DNA from: Octopus sinensis
Taxonomy: Eukaryota
Direction: 5' to 3'
NCBI RefSeq assembly: GCF_006345805.1
Contig: NC_043002.1
Location: forward strand, 85,374,001-85,438,000
DNA: 64,000 nt
Shown: positions 27,280 to 40,454 of the stretch, one piece after another
Layout of the letters: every line of letters starts with the position of its first letter
Numbering within the stretch: position 1 is the stretch's first letter
The notes under the pieces: model-generated
The model's input: only the letters and a program-made list of their open reading frames with translations
Database searches by the model: none
What the model was told of the DNA's origin: nothing
Position numbers and translations under genes: made by a program

Positions 27280-27671
27280 CTACTTACAAAATGCCCCAAA
27301 GACTGGCATGCCTAAATAGCTAGACATCAACTTGAAACCACAGTATATATAAGTAATAACAGGCAATAAACCTATCAAACAACCCACTGTTGGTGAACTA
27401 TCTGGTAAGATTCTTTAAGGTGCATACTTCACAAGGTTTTTTTTTCTAAATGATTGACAAGTAGTTGTCCATGCAGCAGGTGTTACCCATCTTCATGCCT
27501 CTTATGATGTCTGAGAGCTCATGCAGAATAGCGCTAGTATTGTCATAGTTGAACACGAATACATAATAAGCCAGAACAGATACCACAAAGCATTTCGTCC
27601 AACGGTCTCTCTTTCTTTTCCTCTCTCTACACACACATACACATGCAAACAAATATGTGTGTGTGTGTATG

Positions 27672-27703
<32 letters not shown>

Positions 27704-27967
27704 TATTCATGCTAGCATGGAAAACGGACGCTAAACGTTGATGATGATGATGATGATGATATATATATATATATATTTGTAAAAAAGAAGTTTGAAAACG
27801 CCACTATATTAGATAAATTTTAATTTTCTTAGAAATTTTACATGTTTCGGTTCTTGAAAAAACGAACCTTATCAAAAATATTTTAAAAAGTTAAGTGTAA
27901 TAGAAAAGTTCATAATTGTTTCTTACTGGTCTCAATAGAATCCATGTTGGTAGTAGGTATATATATG

Positions 27968-28126
27968 CACAGGCATAGCTGTGTTGTAAGAAGCTTGCTT
28001 CCCAACTATATGGTTCCAGGTCCAGTCCCTCTGTGTGGCAATTTGGGCAAGTGTCTTCTACTATAGCCTCAGGCTGACCAAAGCCTTGTGAATGGATTTG
28101 ATAGATGGAAACTGAAAAAAGCCCTT

Positions 28127-28191
<65 letters not shown>

Positions 28192-28410
28192 TTCTTTGGG
28201 TCTGTGCTTGTTCCCCCATCACTGCTTCACAACCAGTGTTGGTGTGTTTACATCCCCTTAACTTAGCGGTTTGGCAAAAGCAACCAATAGAATAAGTACT
28301 AGGCTTAAAAAATAAGTCCTGGGGTCGATTTGTTTGACTAAACTCCTTCAAGGTGGTGCTTTAGCATGGCTGCAGTCAAATAGGTGAAACAAATAAAAAA
28401 AATAAAAGAA
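27968..28410 (+). mobile_element. SINE family O
   Basis: Same head, CORE and tail; a further decayed copy at 28460-29065 is interrupted by an HHR element. Confidence 0.85.
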
Positions 28411-28728
28411 TATATGTGTGTTTGTGTGTATGTGTGTGTGTTTATGTGTATTTATATATAGGTGCAGATGTGGCTGCGTGTTTCAGTCACATGATTCTGG
28501 ATTCAGTACCACTGCATAGAACCTTGGACAAGTGTCTTCTACTGTAATCATAGGCCGTGGATTTGGTTGACAGAAACTGAAAGAATCCCATGGTAAATGT
28601 ATATATATTTGCATATATATATATATATATAACGGGAAGGTTTACGAAAATAAACAAAAGAAGAAGGCAGGTGGAGTACAAATAAACAAATGTATTAGTA
28701 TGGCCCTCAGGAATAGAAATAGAACAAA

Positions 28729-28766
28729 TCTTTTACGTTTCGAGCCTACGCTTTTCGACAGAAAGA
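28729..28766 (-). ncRNA. Hammerhead motif with CTGTCGA core (family also at 18901, 22661, 44435, 46169)
   Basis: RC: TCTTT-CTGTCGA-A-AAGC-gtag-GCTC-GAAAC-GTA-AAAGA. Confidence 0.7.
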
Positions 28767-29089
28767 TACACAGAAAAGAAACAAAGAGAGAAAAAAATGC
28801 GTGTAGGAGCTAACAGTCTATCATGGTATATATATATGTATGTATGTGCATCTTTGTGCTTGTTCCTCACCACCATTTGGCAACCAGTGTTGGTGTGTTT
28901 ATGTTCCCCATAACTTAACAGTTCGACAGTTTGACAAAAGAGATCGATGGTGTAAGTACAGGGCTTTAAAATGTAATAATAAATGCTGGGGTCAATTTGT
29001 TTGACTAAAATTCTTCAAACCCCAGCATGGCTGCAGTCTAATGACTACAACAAGTAAAAGATAAAAAATACACACACGCATGCATGCAT

Positions 29090-29132
<43 letters not shown>

Positions 29133-29516
29133 ACACACACACACACATGCACACCATATTTGTGTTTAATACTGTTTCTCATGTAAAAAAATGAACATAA
29201 ACATGATTGTATGATTTCTACTGTGTTTAGTTTATAACAGATGAACTTTTATAGCCTAAACCAGTAAAGTTCAAAGCTAATTTTCAAATTTGGTTTTGTT
29301 TTATTTAAGATTTGTGAACTGTTTTTTAGTGTATTTAACATATCATAACAGTGGTATATTACACCATATTGAATTACCAGATGACACTTCTTAGATATTG
29401 CATAACTCATGATGATGTTATTGTTCTTTGTAAATGACTACCCATTGCAAAAGCCTGCTTGTAATCTAAAAAAATACTTGTGAACTGTGGGTGTGCTGAA
29501 GTGAAGAGTGAATACC

Positions 29517-30008
29517 TATTTCTTTACTACCCACAAGGGGCTAAACACAGAGGGGACAAACAATGACAGATAAATGGATTAAGTCGATTACATTGACCCC
29601 AGTGCGTAATTGGTACTTAATTTATCAACCCCGAAAGGATGAAAGGCAAAGTTGACCTCGGCGGAATTTGAACTCAGAACGTAATGGCAGATGAAATACA
29701 GCTATGCATTTCGCCCAGTATGCTAACGTTTCTGCCAGCTTGCCGCCTTTATATACCATCATCGCCTTCCATATACCTATTTCTTTATTACCCCCAAGGG
29801 GCTAAACATAGAGGGGACAAACAAGGACAGACATAGGTATTAAGTCGATTACATCGACCCCAGTGCATAACTGGTACTTAATTTATCGACCCCGAAAGGA
29901 TGAAAGGCAAAGTCAACCTCGGCGGAATTTAAACTCACAACGTAACGACAGACGAAATACCGCTAAGCATTTTGCCCGGCGTGCTAACGTTTCTGCCAGC
30001 TTGTTACC
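29517..30008 (-). mobile_element. Two tandem family M SINEs (29517-29748, 29778-30008)
   Basis: Both match the reverse complement of 8543-8773; TTCCATATACC flanks the second copy. Confidence 0.9.
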
Positions 30009-31861
30009 TTCCATATACCATCAGGGTGAATGATTCTTCCTTGTCATGTAGTTTTTTTGGCCTGTCTGAGAAGTTGGGTGCATGTCAGGGAAACTCCAAG
30101 GAAATGGATGACTGGATCAGCTGAAATAAAATTTTGCTAAGTAAAATTGTAATCAGCCATACAGTTCCTTTACAGATGCTGGTGTCATGTAAAATGCACT
30201 TGTGCTGGTGCTGTGGAAATGTACCTGTGCTAGAGGGTACATAAAAATCTGCAAGCACACTCTGTAAAGTGTTCAGTGTTAGGAAGTGCATGCAGCTAAT
30301 GACAACGACGATGATGATGATGATGATGATGATAATGCTATTATATCTTCTATGATATTGAATACATTTCCTCCCATTTGTTAACACCACCAGACTCACA
30401 CATACATAATATATATTTATCAAGTACCTATTAAAGTGCCTGGCATATAACTATTGAATTACAACTCAGTATGTTCTATTACATGCCAAACCAGATGCTT
30501 GTCTATTTGAAATTTATTTTCCGCACCTCTCTTTCTGATGTCTAGACCATGATAAATACCTTTCACTGAACAAAATTCTTTACTAATTCATAAGACTACT
30601 GATGAAGTGACTTGGGCAAACTGAACCAGCTGCATGTCTGATTAATTTTACTTAATCATTGCATAATTGTCATTGAAACACATGTAAAGATGTCTTAAGT
30701 AAATAGTTTCACAATATATTATCCTAACTTGTACTATGTCTGTGTGTATGTATGTGTATGTATGTAGATAGATGTATATAGATACACACACACACTCACA
30801 CACATATACTCACGTGATAAACATACACAGACATCCATCACAACCACCTCCTACCACCACAAGCATATACATTACAGCACCCTCTTACCACCACAGACAT
30901 GCATCATCACCTCTTCCTGTCACCACAGACATGTACCACAGTTACCCTTGCTACTCTTAAAATCTGTTAAGAGTGACAGCAATATTCCAATATAATGTAA
31001 AAAATCAGAACCGCTTGATAGATCTATCACCAGCCAGTGGTGAATCAATATGCATAATCTTTCCGTATTGATTTTTAGTTGTTGTTGTATTAAAATTTAT
31101 TTCAGACTTGCTTTCATTCCTTATTTGGATGTCACTTGTGTCGAGTCAGCTATGACTAATTGCTGCCTGACAAGAGAAAAGTAGCAAAGGCCAAGTATAA
31201 GTGGAAAAAACTGTAGGTGAAAATGAATTGACTCTTCCAAGTGTATAATATTGGTGTATATTATGGTCTGTCTAGAAAAGAGAAATAGTGACAAAGTGAC
31301 ACAGTTGATCTGCTTTATTTCATACTCTATGATAAACTGATAACTGTATTTTGAAGCCTTGGACTCTATGCTCAACATTGTCCAGTACCATAACCATTAT
31401 TTTGTTACAAGCTACCAATCATGATCACCACTGCCACTGGGGTCAGGCCCATCTCAGCAGCTTTATCAAACCCCAGGGCAAATCAATACACTGGGCTCTA
31501 TAGCATTTTTTATTGACAGTAAACCACAAATTACATAGATCAGAATTAGACTCCTAGACCAATGAAGCCCCAGGAAGACTTCCCAGTGAGCCCTTACTTT
31601 AAGACGGTTCTGCCCCCAGTCCATGGAAGAATTGTCTTTTGTGAAACCAGACTGTTCTGCAGAAATGGCTGAGAATACTGACCTAAAGAATACAAATCTC
31701 ACAGAAGTAATTCAACTATTGTGTCCAGCCATTATATGGTGGATGATTGATAGATCCTCTTTCAACTTTGATGATGAGCATTCAGTTGCTCAATCAACTG
31801 AACCACCTACTTATTGAACTGTTGTGTAAGTTGGCTGAGTATTCCAACCAGAATGTATACC

Positions 31862-32069
31862 TATACACAGAGTGGACAAACAAGGACAGACAAACGGATT
31901 AAGTCGATTATATTGACCCCAGTGCATAACTGGTACTTATTTAATCAACCCCGAAAGGATGAAAGGCAAAGTCGACCTCGGCGGAATTTGAACTCAGAAC
32001 GTAATGGCAGATGAAATACAGCTACGCATTTTGCCCGGCGTGCTAACGATTCTGCCAGCTCGCCGCCTT
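31862..32069 (-). mobile_element. SINE family M
   Basis: TSD ATGTATACC at 31853-31861 and 32071-32079. Confidence 0.9.
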
Positions 32070-33224
32070 CATGTATACCTTTAATGTAATTCTCAGGCTG
32101 AAACAAAATGATGCAAAATGTGGCAAGCCTGGACATTTGAATTACAGATACAATCCATCCAGCAGGCTTCCATATAGCTTCCATCTATCTAATGTCACTG
32201 TCACTCACAAGAGTTACGTAGACAGGAATCTAAGAAGAAAAAATAAGAAAAAAAGATGTGCACAAAATACTTCATGGTAGATTGAACCCAGGACCTTGTG
32301 ATTGTGAAGTGAACTTCTTCATTGCTCAGCCATGCCATGCCGTAAAGTGGATACAAAAGTATGAAATGCTCAATAGTCTCTCTCTCAGTCACCTTTTTCT
32401 TCCTCTTCTTTTTATGATTGATGTAATCATTATTAATGCAACTTAGGAGATGCATCATTCCAACAATGTTTATAATTATTCTGCCTACCAATGAGGTAAT
32501 TATTTCTTGGTTGGAGTACAGAGAGAGAGAGAGAGAGAAAGAGAAAGAGAGAAACAGAAGTCGCCAGAGATAGAGAGAGAGAGGGGGGTAAAGAGAGAGA
32601 GATAACATGACATATACAAATATATCATTAAAGCTATCAAAGATGTGATCTTTCTCAGAATACATCCCCTCCATCCAATATTGACAGACTAATAGACGCT
32701 AGTTCTTACTACAACGCTAGTGTTATGTAAAATTATTTTGCTTGTGATATCATTGCCACCGTAATATTGATTTATTCAGGATCTTATCCTTCTATCATTT
32801 TGTTTGAGTGATTACAAGACATCCCTAAATATTTTGCTACTTGATGTTTATTGCTTTATGTTTCTCTTGCTGGTGTATTCTTCTTCTTGCTGTTTTAGCC
32901 TATTCAAATATTTGTGCTTAGAGGAGCAGGTGTTTTATGACTGTCGTTTCTTCATAATTGAAACAACGAAACTAATATGCATATATAGGAAGAAATAATT
33001 GTTTCCAATTTAGGCACAATTTGAGCAGTTTTGAGGGAAATGGGAAGAGGTTTGTCAATACTACAGATCCCTAGTACATGACTGGTATTTTATTTTATCA
33101 AGTAAGGATGAAAGGCAAAATTGATGCAGACAGTATTTGAAACCAGAATATAGAGATGTGAAACAAATTTTGCAAGAGATTTTTTCCCAATGCTCTAATA
33201 ATTCTTCAAGCTTGCTGTTTATAT

Positions 33225-33640
33225 CTCTTTTACTCTCTTTTACTTGTTTCAGTCATTTTGACTGTGGCCATGCTGGAGCACCACCTTTTTAGTCGGGCAA
33301 ATAAATCCCAGGACTTATTCTTTGTAAGCCTAGTACTTATTCTTTTGGTCTCTTTTGCCGAACTGCTAAGTTACAGAGACGTAAACACACCAGCATCGGT
33401 TGTCAAGTGATGTTGGGGGGACAAACACAGACACACAAACATACACACACACACATATATATAAATCAATATTTACGACAGGCTTCTTTCAGTTTCCGTC
33501 TACCAAATTCACTCACGAGGCTTTAGTCAGCCCAAGGCTATAGTAGAAGACACTTGCCCAAGGTGCCACGCAGTGGGACTGAAGCCGGAACCATGTGTTT
33601 TGTAAGCAAGCTACTTACCACACAGCCACTGTTACGCCTA
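33225..33640 (-). mobile_element. SINE family O
   Basis: Full-length match; followed by an inverted copy of its own 5' end. Confidence 0.9.
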
Positions 33641-34114
33641 CAGGAGTGGCTGTGTGGTAAGTATGAGTGAATAAATAATAATTCTTCGAAATTTTGGCAC
33701 AAAGCCTGCAATATTAAGGGAGGGTGTGAACTGATCACATGAACTCCGCTGCTCATTTGGTACATATTTTATCAAACCTGAAAGGATGAAAGGCAAAAGT
33801 CAGCCTTGGCAGAATTTGAACTTAGAATCTCGAGAGCCAGAAGAAATACCACTAAACATTTTGTCTGATGGCTAACAATTCTACTGGTTCACGACCTTGG
33901 ATAAAGAAATGATAAAAAATAGAGAGTGATGGTTACATCACATGCTTTGATTCCAGCCATTTTATGGATTGAATATTAGAGTGTTGAATAAATCTTTTCA
34001 GCATCAAGGACTAATGCATCCTACTTTGTAATTCTCGAGTGGTGCTTAGTCAGTTTGTATGTGTGTGTTTGGTTTGTGTGTGTGTGAATGTGTATAAATG
34101 TGGATGGATATATC

Positions 34115-34121
34115 TATTTAC

Positions 34122-34155
<34 letters not shown>

Positions 34156-34560
34156 TTTTTTTTACAATCCCTTTTGATCGAAAATCTACCCCTCTTTTTT
34201 TTTTCTTTCTTTCCTTCCCTTTCCCAAACAGAAAAGCTCTACTTTGTATCATGTCCTCTCTGTGTTCAGCCCTGTGTGGCTAATAAAGATACATATCTAT
34301 CTATCTGTCGGTCTGTCTCTCTATCTATCTCTCTCTCTATCTATCTATCTATCGATCTTTTTTTTTGCGATCCCTTTTGATCGAAAATCTACCCCCCTTT
34401 TTTTCTTTCTTTCTTTCCTTCCCTTTCCCAAACAGAAAAGCTCTACTTTGTATCATGTCCTCTCTGTTTTCAGCCCTGTGTGGCTAATAAAGATACATAT
34501 CTATCTATCTGTCTGTCTGTCTCTCTGTCTGTCTATCTATCTATCTTCCTATCTATCTTC
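34115..34560 (+). repeat. ~200-bp tandem duplication of a LINE-like 3' UTR between (TCTA)n tracts
   Basis: ATCCCTTTTGATCGAAAATCTACCCC...CAGCCCTGTGTGGCTAATAAAGATAC occurs twice. Confidence 0.85.
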
Positions 34561-34612
34561 TCTCTATCCGTTGATCCACATAGAGAAGTCTGGAATCAGC
34601 TGAATTGCGCAG

Positions 34613-34665
34613 TCCCTTCTGATGAGGCTATGGAATTAGCTGAAAGTAACTGATCAGTATAGGGA
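34613..34665 (+). ncRNA. Hammerhead motif (small insertion in stem III)
   Basis: TCCCT-T-CTGATGA-GGCTA-tggaat-TAGCT-GAAA-gta-ACTGATCAGTA-T-AGGGA. Confidence 0.6.
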
Positions 34666-35330
34666 ATTTCTTGACCGGTATTTTCAAGCAATTACAATCC
34701 AATCCCTACCAGAACATATGTATACAATTATGTGCTTTAACTACAGCATTAGAGCTTTTTAGCTCTTATTTCTAGCAATATAGGTGTTTTAACACCTTAG
34801 TGATATTTAGTGCCAATTATAGGTTTCCTTTTAATAACGCATTGTACACAGCTGTCTATATAGATTTTTTATGTATGTGTATGTATGTATATATGCATGC
34901 AGGCATACATGTACATACGTATATGAAATCATCATCAACAGTTTTAAGCTTTCTTTTCCATGTTAGCATGAGTTATCATTATGTCAGTCAGATGCTAAAC
35001 AGCTTACGAGTTGTTCAAGGAATTTTTTTATTCCCTATGTCTTCCATGATTGGCAGGGAATTACAGAAAGCTTCATCATTAATAGCTGAGCACATCCACA
35101 CACATATATACAAAAAAAAATTATATATATATATATATGTTTCACACATCACATACAAACAGTTTAAATGTGTCTTTATTTTGAGTGCCTTTACATATAA
35201 CCATACATACACACACTAGTATATAACCCTTGCCAGCATAGGAAACTGATATTAAATGATGTTGATGATACATATGTAAATATATATATATACATATATA
35301 TATATATGTATATGTATGTATGTATGTATG

Positions 35331-35367
<37 letters not shown>

Positions 35368-36469
35368 CACACACATACATACATACATATAACATAAAGT
35401 CAGGAGATGTGAGAAGGGAATATAGATTTATTTACCCTCGTGACTGTCATATGATTATGGCCATTCTGCAATCATCTTCATGTAGTATTAATTTCAGCAT
35501 GCAAGAAATTAAAATGTACATGTTCGCAAATAAAGCAACCCAGCCCATCAGATCAGATGATCATTATGGTTACATCATCACTTGATGTAACCAACTTGTT
35601 CTGCTGAGCTGATGAGCTAGCTTTCCTTATTTGCATTAATTTGTCAATATATAATTGTATTCTACAATGCTGAGAATATATATCGATACAAACATGAATG
35701 TATAACTTCTTGCATACTAGAATTAATATTACATGAAGAAGCTTGCAAAGTGACTATGATTATATGGACTTCACGAGGTTAAATTAATCTACATTCAACT
35801 CACAAGCCTCCTGACTTTATGCCTTATATACTCCTCACAGAATAATTTGTTTGGATTTTCTAGATTTTCAGTTGCATAGGAAATTTACACTACACTACTT
35901 CGTAATTGATTACTTTGTGGATTGGTAGCTGAGTCCGTAGGAGGGGCTTACTGTAATAACCAAATGATTCTCTGAATCCATATTTCATACCTCTCTCTTA
36001 TAAATAAATGTATGTATGTGTGTGTGTGTGTGTGTGTGTAGGTAGGTAGATATATTATGCATATGAGTATGTATGTATGTATGTATGTATCTATCTGTGT
36101 ATATATATATATATGTCACTGCGTGTGTATCGGCGATTTTCTTTCCCCGTCTTCCCTTCCTTGGACCTTTCCTTTTTCTATGTTTCTGATGAAGAGCTCC
36201 ACTCAGAACATTAAATCCTCCTTACTTTCCTTTCCTGAGCGTGCAATAACACTATACTTGTTCCACGTCCTTGCATTGTTGTGTTTTCTCTTTGTGTTTT
36301 CATGTTTGAATTAACTATATATATATATATACATACACAACTATAAGAGAGAATCCACAATGTGGACGCTCTTACGCTAGATATAGATCCGCAAAGGGAA
36401 TCCACTACGACTTGGTGTTTTAATTGGTGTTATTAAATTAATATCCAATTTTTCACCCTTATTTTGATT

Positions 36470-36520
36470 TTATATATATACATATATATATACATATATA
36501 TAATACATATATATATATAC

Positions 36521-36591
<71 letters not shown>

Positions 36592-36905
36592 CATATATAT
36601 ATACACATATATATATATATACATATATATATACACATATATATATACACATATATATATACACACATATATATATACACACACATATATATACACACAT
36701 ATATATACACATATATATATACATATATACATATATATATACATATATATATATACATATATATACATATATACATATATATACATATATACATATATGT
36801 ACATATATATATATACACACATATATATATATACACACATATATATACACATATATATACATATATATGTATATACATATATATATACATAGTTATATAT
36901 AGATA
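36470..36905. repeat. ~430-bp (TA)/(TACA) microsatellite
   Basis: Direct inspection. Confidence 0.95.
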
Positions 36906-37299
36906 TACTTTTCTTAAAGCTATAAAATTATCACAAGACTGTTACTCAGAGTTTCACGTTCATGTTCGATGGATAGTTGTGACGTAACAGTCTTGTGATA
37001 ATTTTGGAGCTTTAATAAAAGCATATTACTCTACCTTTTGTAGTCAAGTACATTCACCTTATTATTATTCCACCTTATTTTACACTTGTGTGCTCACCTG
37101 TGTGTGTGTGTATTTATGTATATATATATAACTGTTGTTGTCAGCTTTATCATATATCTGAGAATTTAGTTTCTTCTTTGTTGAATACTTCCTTTATGGT
37201 GATGGTGTTGATGACTCTGTAGATCAATTCTTGCATACAAGAGTTCAATAGCAGTAACTGCATGGTAATATTGGAGGAGGACAAGGTCGATTTTGTTGA

Positions 37300-37455
37300 G
37301 TATATGCACTAACCTGCTCTGGATGTCAAGAGCAATAGGCCAAACAAAAACCAGTCTACGTCAAAGGATGGCTCTGCATAGATCCTAGGTCAAAATTCTC
37401 AAAAACAGAAAAATAGCATTCAGCCAACATATTGACGTTTGTGCCAATAACAGAT
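37300..37455 (+). pseudogene. PLE GIY-YIG endonuclease fragment
   Basis: VYALTCSGCQEQ/IGQTKTSLRQRMALHRS...FSQHIDVCA: VY..CxxC..YIG.T..L..R...H motif. Confidence 0.8.
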
Positions 37456-37536
37456 CATGTGGCTTGGGCACATACTACTTACCATGCAGCCATACCTGTA
37501 TGTATCTATGTATGTATTTATTTATTTATTTATTTA

Positions 37537-37898
37537 TTACCTTTGCTATAGCAAAGGTGGCGGTATTGTTTTCACTCATGTTTGTTTGTTTGTTCATGGA
37601 CAAGATATCTCAAGAACCGTTTAATGGATTCAGATGAAATTTTCAGGGATGTTTGGCCTCATGACTGGCACGAACTGATTAGATTTTGGGATTGATCTGG
37701 ACTAAGATTCTGGATTATTTTTCTTGATTTTTTCTATTTAATTTTTGAGAGCGATCAGGTTCATTTTCAGTGTTCTCATTTGTGAGAGCAGTCAAGTTTA
37801 TTTCAGAGATTCTTATTTTAAAAATCATCTTTGGCGAATCTTAAAGAGTATGTTGGTGTTGCCTTGACGGAGATTTACATTCTCTGGGTGCTTTTGTT
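37537..37898 (+). mobile_element. Helentron-associated non-autonomous element (DINE/HINE-like)
   Basis: 5' ACCTTTGCTATAGCAAAGGT hairpin, (GTTT)n, GATATCTCAAGAACC..GGATT..ATGAAATTT, 3' GACGGAGATTTACATTCTCTGGGTGC; T-rich flanks. Confidence 0.65.
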
Positions 37899-39007
37899 TA
37901 TTTATTTATTTATTTCCACTCATAGAAGCTCATATATTACAGTTTTATCATAACAAACTGAGAAAGAAAAACAGATGTCATCTGCTTAAAAATCTCATGA
38001 TTGAATTTACATATATGAATTTACATATCTGTCAAACTTACATTGTGCATTAAACAAAAGAAAGATGAAACATAAAAATATGCATCTATCAACAACGCAG
38101 TATATGAAGTTTATTTTTGAAATGCAGTCTGTATGCAAATACTATAGTGAGGGATAGATATTATCTTTGTTTTACATTATTGAATGGTGATCTTTGCGAT
38201 AGTCACAGTTGGATTACATTGATGAATATTATGTGTGTGTATGTATGTACACGTGTGTGTGTGTATGTCTGTGTGTGTGTGTATCTGTGTGTGCATTCAG
38301 TCTAACGAAACCTAATCAGTGAATGGGGGAATGAAATAAATAAACAGATAGACATTTATATGTATATTTGTATATGAATATACATATATATATATATATA
38401 TAATATATATATAGATAGATAGATAGATAAAATGTGTGTATATATATAGATAGATAGATAGATAGATAAAATGTGTATATATATATAGATAGATAGATAG
38501 ATAGATAAAATGTGTAAATATATATATAGATAGATAAAATGTGTATATATATATATATATAGATAGATAGATAAAATGTGTATATATATATAATAGATAG
38601 ATAGATAGATAGATAGATAAAATGTGTGTATATATATATAATATATATATATATATGTATATATATTTATATATGTTTTTTTATACACACATACACAGTG
38701 CTGGAATTGTTACTTCTGTCTCCACTGAACCAATAATATAGAAATATGGTTTTTAAAGTAATTGGAAAAGTATGTGATTATTAGTGGTGGTGGTGTGACT
38801 GGTGGGTGGAGAATACAAATGCTAGATTGTGGCATTCATTCCTTTCTAGGGGTGTTAGTGTTTTATTTCTGGAATTTAATCTGTGTAGTAGACTTCATAT
38901 TTTGACGAGTTATTTATCTCTGTACTCTTTTTTATCAACATATTTTCAGCGTGAACCAAAGTAAGTAGCCTCGGTGCACATTTCAATTCCTACCCAATGG
39001 GCTAGGT

Positions 39008-39318
39008 GGAGGCACATGGCCTAGTGGCTAGAGCAGCGAACTCGCGGTCAAGGGATCGCTGGTTCGAATCTTAGACCGGGCGGTGTGTGTGTTTATGAGC
39101 GAAAACACTTAAGCTCCACGCGGCTCTGGCATAAGGTAATGGCAAACTTCTGCTGACTCTTTCGCCACAACTTTCTCGCACTCTTTCCTCCTGCGTCTTG
39201 CAGCTCACCTGCAACGGACCGGCGTCCCGTCCAGGTGGGGAACCTATACGCCAAGAAACTGGGAAACCGGCCCTTATGAGCCAGGCATGGCTCGAGAAGG
39301 AACAAACAAAAACAACAA
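39008..39318 (+). mobile_element. SINE family A head with tail type 3
   Basis: GGAGGCACATGGCCTAGTGG..GGTTCGAATC head, same core, then GGACCGGCGTCCCGTCCAGG domain and an (AAAC)n tail. Confidence 0.8.
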
Positions 39319-39604
39319 TGGGCTAGACTAATCACTCAACCATTAAAATATAGGTACTAATAACTTTTGCCAGCTGAGTGGACTGGAGCAACATTAAATA
39401 AAGTGTCTTGCTCAAGGCCACAATGTGCTGCTAGGTATTGAACTCATAATCACAAGGTCATAAGCCAAATGCCCTAACCACTAGACTATGCACTTTCCTG
39501 TCCACAAGAACATGATGACAGAAAGTACCTAAGAAGTGAAGAAAAAAAGGATTTTGGAGAGAAAGAGAGGGGGAGGGGTAACAAAAACATGGAATGATAT
39601 GGCA

Positions 39605-40010
39605 ACTCTCTTTACTCTTTTACTTGTGTCAGTCATTTGACTGTGGCCATGCTGGAGCACTGCCTTTAGTCAAGAAAATCGACCCCAGGACTTATTCTTT
39701 GTAAGCCTAGTACTTATTCTATCGGTCTGCTTTTGCTGAACCGCTAAGTTACAGGGACGTAAACCCACCAGCATCAGTTGTCAAGCGATGTTGGGAAGAC
39801 AAACATAGACACACAAACATATACACACACACATACATATATATATATGACGGGCTTCTTTCAGTTTCCGTCTATCAAATCCACTCACAAGTCTTTGGTT
39901 GGCCCAAGAGGCTATAGTAGAAGACACTTGCCCCAGGTGCTACGCAGTGGGGCTGAACCTGGAACCTTGTGGTTGGTAAGCAAGCTACTTACCACACTGC
40001 TACTCCTACG
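39605..40010 (-). mobile_element. SINE family O
   Basis: Full-length match. Confidence 0.9.
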
Positions 40011-40114
40011 ACTGATATTTTTGTCCTCTTCATAGATTTTTAGTCAGAAGCAGAAAGAAAATGCTCTCATGACTCTTTTCAGGCTTTTGACTGAGATCAC
40101 CTGTAATGACAATG

Positions 40115-40454
40115 GAACCAAGCTGTACTGAGCCATGCTCTACTGAACCAAACTGTACTGAGCCAAGCTGTACTGGGCCAAGCTGTACTGGGCCAAGCTG
40201 TACTAAGCCAAGCTGTACTGAGCCAAGCTGTACTAAGCCAAGCTGTACTGAGCCATGCTCTACTGAACCAAACTGTACTGAGCCAAGCTGTACTGAACCA
40301 AGCTGTACTAAGCCAAGCTGTACTGGGCCAAGCTGTACTAAGCCAAGCTGTACTGAGCCATGCTCTACTGGACCAAACTGTACTGAGCCAAGCTGTACTG
40401 AGCCAAGCTGTACTAAGCCAAGCTGTACTGAGCCAAGCTGTACTGGGCCATGCT
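40115..40454. repeat. 15-bp minisatellite, 22 units of GAGCCAAGCTGTACT with higher-order structure
   Basis: 330 bp of indel-free 15-mers plus a partial unit; the variant pair CCATGCTCTACT/CCAAACTGTACT recurs three times. Confidence 0.95.

Noticed and set aside
31623-31817. 64-aa ORF MEELSFVKPDCSAEMAEN... in unique sequence
   Set aside because: No recognisable motif or convincing splice sites; length compatible with chance
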